Shown piece by piece: positions 52,847 to 57,156 of a DNA stretch of 57,156 nt. The DNA lies in contig CAZHKT010000002.1 in NCBI GenBank assembly GCA_964533045.1, forward strand, positions 994 to 58,149, written 5' to 3'. The translations under genes and the position numbers were made by a program. This DNA is from an uncultured Acidobacteriota bacterium (lineage in GTDB: Bacteria; Acidobacteriota; Terriglobia; UBA7540). The notes beneath the pieces are model-generated. The model ran no database searches, was not told where the DNA came from, and saw only the letters and a list, made by a program, of their open reading frames with translations. The first letter of the stretch is position 1, and every line of letters starts with the position of its first letter.

Positions 52847-54202
52847 TCACGCCGCCTGGTTCGCGGATTTCTCCTTTTCGATCGCCTCCAGCATCTGCTC
52901 GTTGGTCGGATACTTGAATGCCGGCAAATTCCGGGCCTTGGCTTCGGCCTCCTCGGCACGCGCCAGCAGCTTGATTTCTCCCTTATCCACGGCGCGCAAT
53001 CCGCGGCGGGCCAGTTCCCTGGCGATCTCATCGGCGGTAGGGGCCGTCTTCTTCGGCGCCGATTCCAGGTACTTCAGAATGTAATCACAGCCCTGTTCGG
53101 CGTCGAACCGCGCCTTGCCCACCAGGCCGTCGCTCGCTTTGCGCGACCAGCCCACCACATATTCTCCTGCCACGACCTTGCCGGCCGCCGGATCGAACAC
53201 CTCGTAAGCCGCACCGGGATTATTCTCCGTGTGGGGATTCGTCGTGTAGCTTCCCCACTTATCGAGCGGGAGCCCAACCTTGGGGTCCACAATGTCGCCG
53301 ATGGCGTAGATGAGGGTATCGAACTCGATTTCCACGGTCTGATCGGTCGCCTTAGCAGCGGTCGTATCGCCCTTCTTCACCAGGTCGTTCTCGACAATGC
53401 GCAGGCTGCGGATGCGACCGTTCTCGTCCAGCAGCACCGCCGAAGGAGACGACAGGAATCGAAAACTCAGCTTCCCTTCCGCCTTCCTGGCGGGCGGCCG
53501 GTTGATCCATGGGAAGAGCGTATCAGCCAGCTTGGAAACGTCCTGGTCGCAGGCTTTGATCTTTTCGGATACCCGCTTCAATTCGTCGGCGAAGGCGGCG
53601 CGGTCAAGGTGCATCTCAATGTGGTCAAATTCCTTCTCGTCAAACTTGGCTTCGAAAGGCCCGCGGCGGGCGATAACCATTACCTCTTCCGGACGCTTGC
53701 CCGGCATGTCCTCGAGCAGCCAGCGAGCGATGTCCACCATGACGTTCCCCATTCCCACAATCGCCACCCGGCGACCCACGGAGAAGTCCATCGAGGCGAA
53801 AGGCGGTAGCTGGTTGAAGTAGAAAACAAAATCCTTCGCCGAGTACAACCCTTTGCCTTCTTCACCCGGCAAACCCAGCGTCTTGGTCCCCTGCGCGCCC
53901 ATGGCGTACACAATGGCGGCGGGATTCCACTGGCGCACGTCGTCAAGCGGCACCGCAGCCTGGCTCCGAACCGGGACGTTTCCGTAGTAGGAAATATTGG
54001 GCATCTCAAGGAACTTGAAAAACTGCTTGCGCAGACCCGCTTTCATGTGGAACTTCATGGGATAAATGCCATATTCGGCCAGACCACCCGGTTTGATATC
54101 GCGATTGAGAATAATGACGCTGTATCCAGCAGACGCAAGCTTCTTGGAAGCAAAGAGACCGGCTGGTCCGGCACCCACTACAAAAACCGTTCCTCGATCC
54201 AT
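52847..54202 (-). CDS. FAD/NAD(P)-dependent oxidoreductase, FprA/adrenodoxin-reductase-like
   Basis: VVGAGPAGLFASKKL (GxGxxG) and a second VAIVGMGNVMVD nucleotide fold. Start at ATG 54202 has an AGGAGG SD; the longer ORF-track start lacks one. Confidence 0.7.
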   Translation of the reverse strand: MDRGTVFVVGAGPAGLFASKKLASAGYSVIILNRDIKPGGLAEYGIYPMKFHMKAGLRKQFFKFLEMPNISYYGNVPVRSQAAVPLDDVRQWNPAAIVYAMGAQGTKTLGLPGEEGKGLYSAKDFVFYFNQLPPFASMDFSVGRRVAIVGMGNVMVDIARWLLEDMPGKRPEEVMVIARRGPFEAKFDEKEFDHIEMHLDRAAFADELKRVSEKIKACDQDVSKLADTLFPWINRPPARKAEGKLSFRFLSSPSAVLLDENGRIRSLRIVENDLVKKGDTTAAKATDQTVEIEFDTLIYAIGDIVDPKVGLPLDKWGSYTTNPHTENNPGAAYEVFDPAAGKVVAGEYVVGWSRKASDGLVGKARFDAEQGCDYILKYLESAPKKTAPTADEIARELARRGLRAVDKGEIKLLARAEEAEAKARNLPAFKYPTNEQMLEAIEKEKSANQAA

Positions 54203-54631
54203 CGAAACCTCCTGAAAAATGGCTGGCAATCCGGGGATGCCGCCGTATGGAATTGAAAAGAATGCACATCGCCGCCACCGCCGACAATGCGCGGGTGGGG
54301 CCATGGGGAGCTTAGCAGATCACGCGCGAACGCGCGCACAAAAGTCCCCCGGCATTACGCCGGGAACTCCTCCTAGCACGATCAGTGCCAATCCGGGCAA
54401 ACTCAACTGCCATCCGTATTTGGCCACCATTGAGTCACTACGACACCCCGCGACATCTGGTCGCTCGCCGGCACGAAGATCAGTCGGCCAGGCCGCGGCA
54501 AGGCCTGGCGGTGCCCGGCCCTGTGCCGGCGCTCCCTCCAAGCCTGTGTCGACCCAAGCCGGCAGTCGGTGGCCAGTGCGGGCGGCATATGGTAGAATGG
54601 CCCATTCGCCTATTAGGACAGCAAAAGAAGT

Positions 54632-55510
54632 ATGAATCCCGCATCGGCGCGAAAAACCGAGTCGCCTCGGCCGAAGGCCCAGGAGTTGAAACTGGCCCAC
54701 AGTCCCGACTCCGACGACGCGTTCATGTTCTACGGATTGGCGACCAGGAAAATCCGGACCGGTTCTCTCAGTTTCACTCACATTCTGGAAGACATCGAGA
54801 GTCTGAATCAGAAAGCCTCCCGCGCCACCTACGAGGTCACGGCGGTATCGTTCCACGCCTACGCCTACCTTGCCCACCGGTACCTCCTGCTGCCCTGCGG
54901 CGCTAGTTTCGGAGATCGCTACGGGCCCATCGTGGTGGCGCAGAAGGATTTCGGGAAGAAGGGACTGAAGGGGCGGCGGGTTGCCATCCCGGGCCAGATG
55001 ACCTCGGCCGCGCTGGCCCTGCGGCTCTACGAGCCCGAGGTTGAAACCATCGTCTTTCCGTTCGACAGAATTTTTGACTCTGTCCAGAACGGTTCGGCAG
55101 ACGCCGGCGTAGTCATCCACGAGGGACAATTGACTTATGCGCGCAGAGGCTTCCGCAAGGTTGTAGACCTGGGTGAGTGGTGGCATCAGGAGGAGAACCT
55201 CCCACTGCCGCTGGGCGGCAACGCCATTTCAAGGCAGGTGGAGGCAAAGACTCGCGCCCAAGTCGCCCGTCTGCTGAAGGAAAGCATCGAGTACGGCCTG
55301 GACCACCGCGAAGAGGCGCTGGAATACGCCATGCAGTTCAGCCACGGACTGGATTCTCAGTCGGCGGACCGATTTGTGTCCATGTACGTGAACGAGTGGA
55401 CGCTCGATTACGGGCCGCGCGGCCGCAAAGCGGTTCAGACGTTCCTTGACCGGGGATTTGAAAAAGGAATCATTCCCCACCGGGTGCAGGCCGAGTTCGT
55501 GGATGTATAG
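54632..55510 (+). CDS. MqnA/MqnD-family protein (futalosine-route menaquinone biosynthesis, periplasmic-binding-protein fold)
   Basis: The HSPDSDDAFMFYGL N-terminal motif and overall length fit the VitK2_biosynth (PF02621) family. I cannot distinguish the MqnA and MqnD roles. Confidence 0.7.
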   Translation: MNPASARKTESPRPKAQELKLAHSPDSDDAFMFYGLATRKIRTGSLSFTHILEDIESLNQKASRATYEVTAVSFHAYAYLAHRYLLLPCGASFGDRYGPIVVAQKDFGKKGLKGRRVAIPGQMTSAALALRLYEPEVETIVFPFDRIFDSVQNGSADAGVVIHEGQLTYARRGFRKVVDLGEWWHQEENLPLPLGGNAISRQVEAKTRAQVARLLKESIEYGLDHREEALEYAMQFSHGLDSQSADRFVSMYVNEWTLDYGPRGRKAVQTFLDRGFEKGIIPHRVQAEFVDV

Positions 55511-55544
55511 CCGGAACGCCCCCAAGCCGTAACCCAAAGTCTTC

Positions 55545-56741
55545 ATGCCCATCTATCGAATCCCTTTTAACCCCCAACAGCGCAAAATCCTGCTGGCGCT
55601 CGCCTCGACGGTGGGCCTCCGAATGCTGGGACTCTTTCTGGTCTTGCCGGTCTTCACCCTCTACGGATTGCAGTTCACCAGTTCCCGTTTCTGGGTTGGA
55701 TTCGCTTTTGGAAGCTACGCTCTAACCATGGCCATTCTCCAGATCCCGTTCGGCCGCCTCTCGGACCGGATCGGGCGCCGCAAAGTGCTGGTTTTGGGCA
55801 TGGCACTTTTCAGCACGGGATCGTTTCTCTGCGCCGTGCCGCACTGGTTTCCTCAGCCGCTGCCCATTGTGGTCCTGATCGCGGGCCGGCTGGTTCAGGG
55901 CGGCGGCGCGATTATCTCGGTAGCGTTCGCCGCCGTCGCCGACCACATCGAACTCGAACGACGGTCAACCGCCATGGCAGTGCTCGGCATTCCAATCGGC
56001 GCGGCATTCATCCTGGGCATTGTCGGAGGACCCATTCTGGCGGGGCTGTTCGGAACTTCCTTTCTGTTCTGGCTGACCGGCCTCCTGGGATTGCTGACCG
56101 ACTTCCTCCTGGTTCAGTTCCTGCCGGAAGCCCCGGTCTCCCCCGCGGCTCCCACCCCCCTCCGTCAGGTACTCGGCATCCGGCCTCTGGTGGCGTTTTC
56201 TCTGGGCGGCTTCTTGATGAATTTCTTCATGACCAGCTTCTTCTTCCATTTTCCGCTGATCGTCACCGGCCAGCATCACCTCCAGATGACGCAGTATTAC
56301 ACTCTGTTGCTGCCCATGATGGCCGTGAGCGGAATCACCATGTTTGCGTTTTCCAGGGGTGCGGATCTGGGATGGGGAAGACTTCTGTCAGGGCTCGCAT
56401 TCCTGATATTCATTCCCAGCGTGGTGCTCCTGTTCGAACCTCACCTGCTAGGCTTCGATCCCCAACGGTTGACTGCGGTGCTGGTCGGTGGGACGCTCTT
56501 CTATATCGGCTTTACAGGCTTGGAGCCGGTGCTGCCCAGCCTGGTCAGCAAATACTCTCCCGAAGGCGCGTACGGAACGGCCCTGGGGCTCTATAACAGC
56601 GTCCAGTTCCTGGGCAGTTCGGTGAGCGGGCCGGTCAGCGGAGCTCTTTCCCACCTTTCTTCGTCGACTCCCATGGTCGCAACGCTGCTGGCCGCCTCGA
56701 TTCTGGGTTTTCTCTTGATGGTCTCACAGCCGAGTAAATAG
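55545..56741 (+). CDS. MFS transporter
   Basis: 12 predicted TM helices and MFS motif A (GRLSDRIGRRKVL). Confidence 0.85.
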   Translation: MPIYRIPFNPQQRKILLALASTVGLRMLGLFLVLPVFTLYGLQFTSSRFWVGFAFGSYALTMAILQIPFGRLSDRIGRRKVLVLGMALFSTGSFLCAVPHWFPQPLPIVVLIAGRLVQGGGAIISVAFAAVADHIELERRSTAMAVLGIPIGAAFILGIVGGPILAGLFGTSFLFWLTGLLGLLTDFLLVQFLPEAPVSPAAPTPLRQVLGIRPLVAFSLGGFLMNFFMTSFFFHFPLIVTGQHHLQMTQYYTLLLPMMAVSGITMFAFSRGADLGWGRLLSGLAFLIFIPSVVLLFEPHLLGFDPQRLTAVLVGGTLFYIGFTGLEPVLPSLVSKYSPEGAYGTALGLYNSVQFLGSSVSGPVSGALSHLSSSTPMVATLLAASILGFLLMVSQPSK

Positions 56742-56982
56742 TGTCATGCGGGGCGCGCCTCGGCCGCAGCGTCCCTCCGACGTCGACCCCGGAACAAACG
56801 GCATCAAAAAAGAACCGGTTCGCTAAGCGCCGGGGCGACCCGGCGATGTAGTATAGGGCTGGGGCTTGCGCTGCCAGGCGGCCCGGAGCCGACGCAGGAG
56901 TGCGTCGCGCCGGGCTTCAGCCGGGCCTTTGCCGGCATCACCGGCCTGCCGGCCCAAAGAGTCGGTGTGATAGCCGGTTTTC

Positions 56983-57048
56983 GAAGCGGCGGGCTTCAGC
57001 CCGCCAGGTGTTTCATCAACAAGATGGCGACCTAAAGGGCGCCGCTAC
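56983..57048. repeat. degenerate convergent REP family 1 pair
   Basis: GAAGCGGCGGGCTTCAGCCCGCCAG (56983-57007) and ATGGCGACCTAAAGGGCGCCGCTAC (57024-57048). A further REP-like GTCGCGCCGGGCTTCAGCCGGGCC lies near 56905. Confidence 0.5.
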
Positions 57049-57104
57049 GAAGCCTGCCGGAGCGTTGCCACACACACTCTAAAAGCCGGCGCTACCATCC
57101 CCCC

Positions 57105-57152
57105 GAAAACACAACGGGCGGCGTCAGGAGAGGAGCCTGACTGCCGCCCGTT
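57105..57152 (-). terminator. intrinsic terminator-like hairpin for a minus-strand gene beyond the right edge
   Basis: AACGGGCGGCGTCAGG / CCTGAC(T)GCCGCCCGTT forms a 16-bp stem with one bulge. On the minus strand it is followed by GTGTTTTCGG. Confidence 0.4.
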
Positions 57153-57156
57153 GCTT

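Overview
57.2-kb high-GC bacterial chromosomal window. Gene content suggests Acidobacteriota: hopanoid hpnC/hpnD, several secreted glycoside hydrolases, a B-box/DUF4097 ECF module, and HEAT/zinc-ribbon envelope proteins. This taxon call is inference only. Positions ~2.9-22.1 kb hold a complete minus-strand division/cell-wall (dcw) cluster: mraZ-rsmH-ftsL-ftsI-murE-murF-mraY-[small RHH gene]-murD-ftsW-murG-murC-murB-ftsQ-ftsA-ftsZ, with no ddl. It has a near-consensus sigma70 promoter followed by four 10-bp-phased MraZ-type boxes. Upstream of that promoter lies a REPtron: a RAYT (HUH/Y1) transposase bracketed by arrays of GTAG-headed REP hairpins. Next come a conserved hypothetical gene, a GH127-like hydrolase, another REP array and nrdR. 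The right half encodes a flippase-like membrane protein, GH38 alpha-mannosidase, an ECF sigma/ZAS anti-sigma/B-box/DUF4097 operon and aroA. It continues with a Tat-signal glycosidase-like protein, a CBM9/DUF5916 outer-membrane protein, RNase P RNA (rnpB), a secreted HExxH protease, ligA and lipid/membrane genes. The last genes are a HEAT + zinc-ribbon pair, bioY with a receiver-like gene, a PhyH dioxygenase, an FprA-like reductase, an MqnA/MqnD-family gene and an MFS transporter. The observations most worth a second look are these. (1) Two REP families occur; one sits as convergent pairs at specific dcw junctions and supplies the stop codons of ftsZ and murE. (2) A REP doublet is inserted inside the rnpB gene. 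(3) An orphan ribbon-helix-helix gene, with its own AT-rich promoter and a palindrome over the -10, is translationally coupled to murD. (4) MurD carries a 172-aa disordered C-terminal tail. (5) An 84-bp heptad-phased CAG array lies upstream of nrdR. No CRISPR, tRNA or rRNA was seen. Many long antisense 'shadow' ORFs in the track are rejected.
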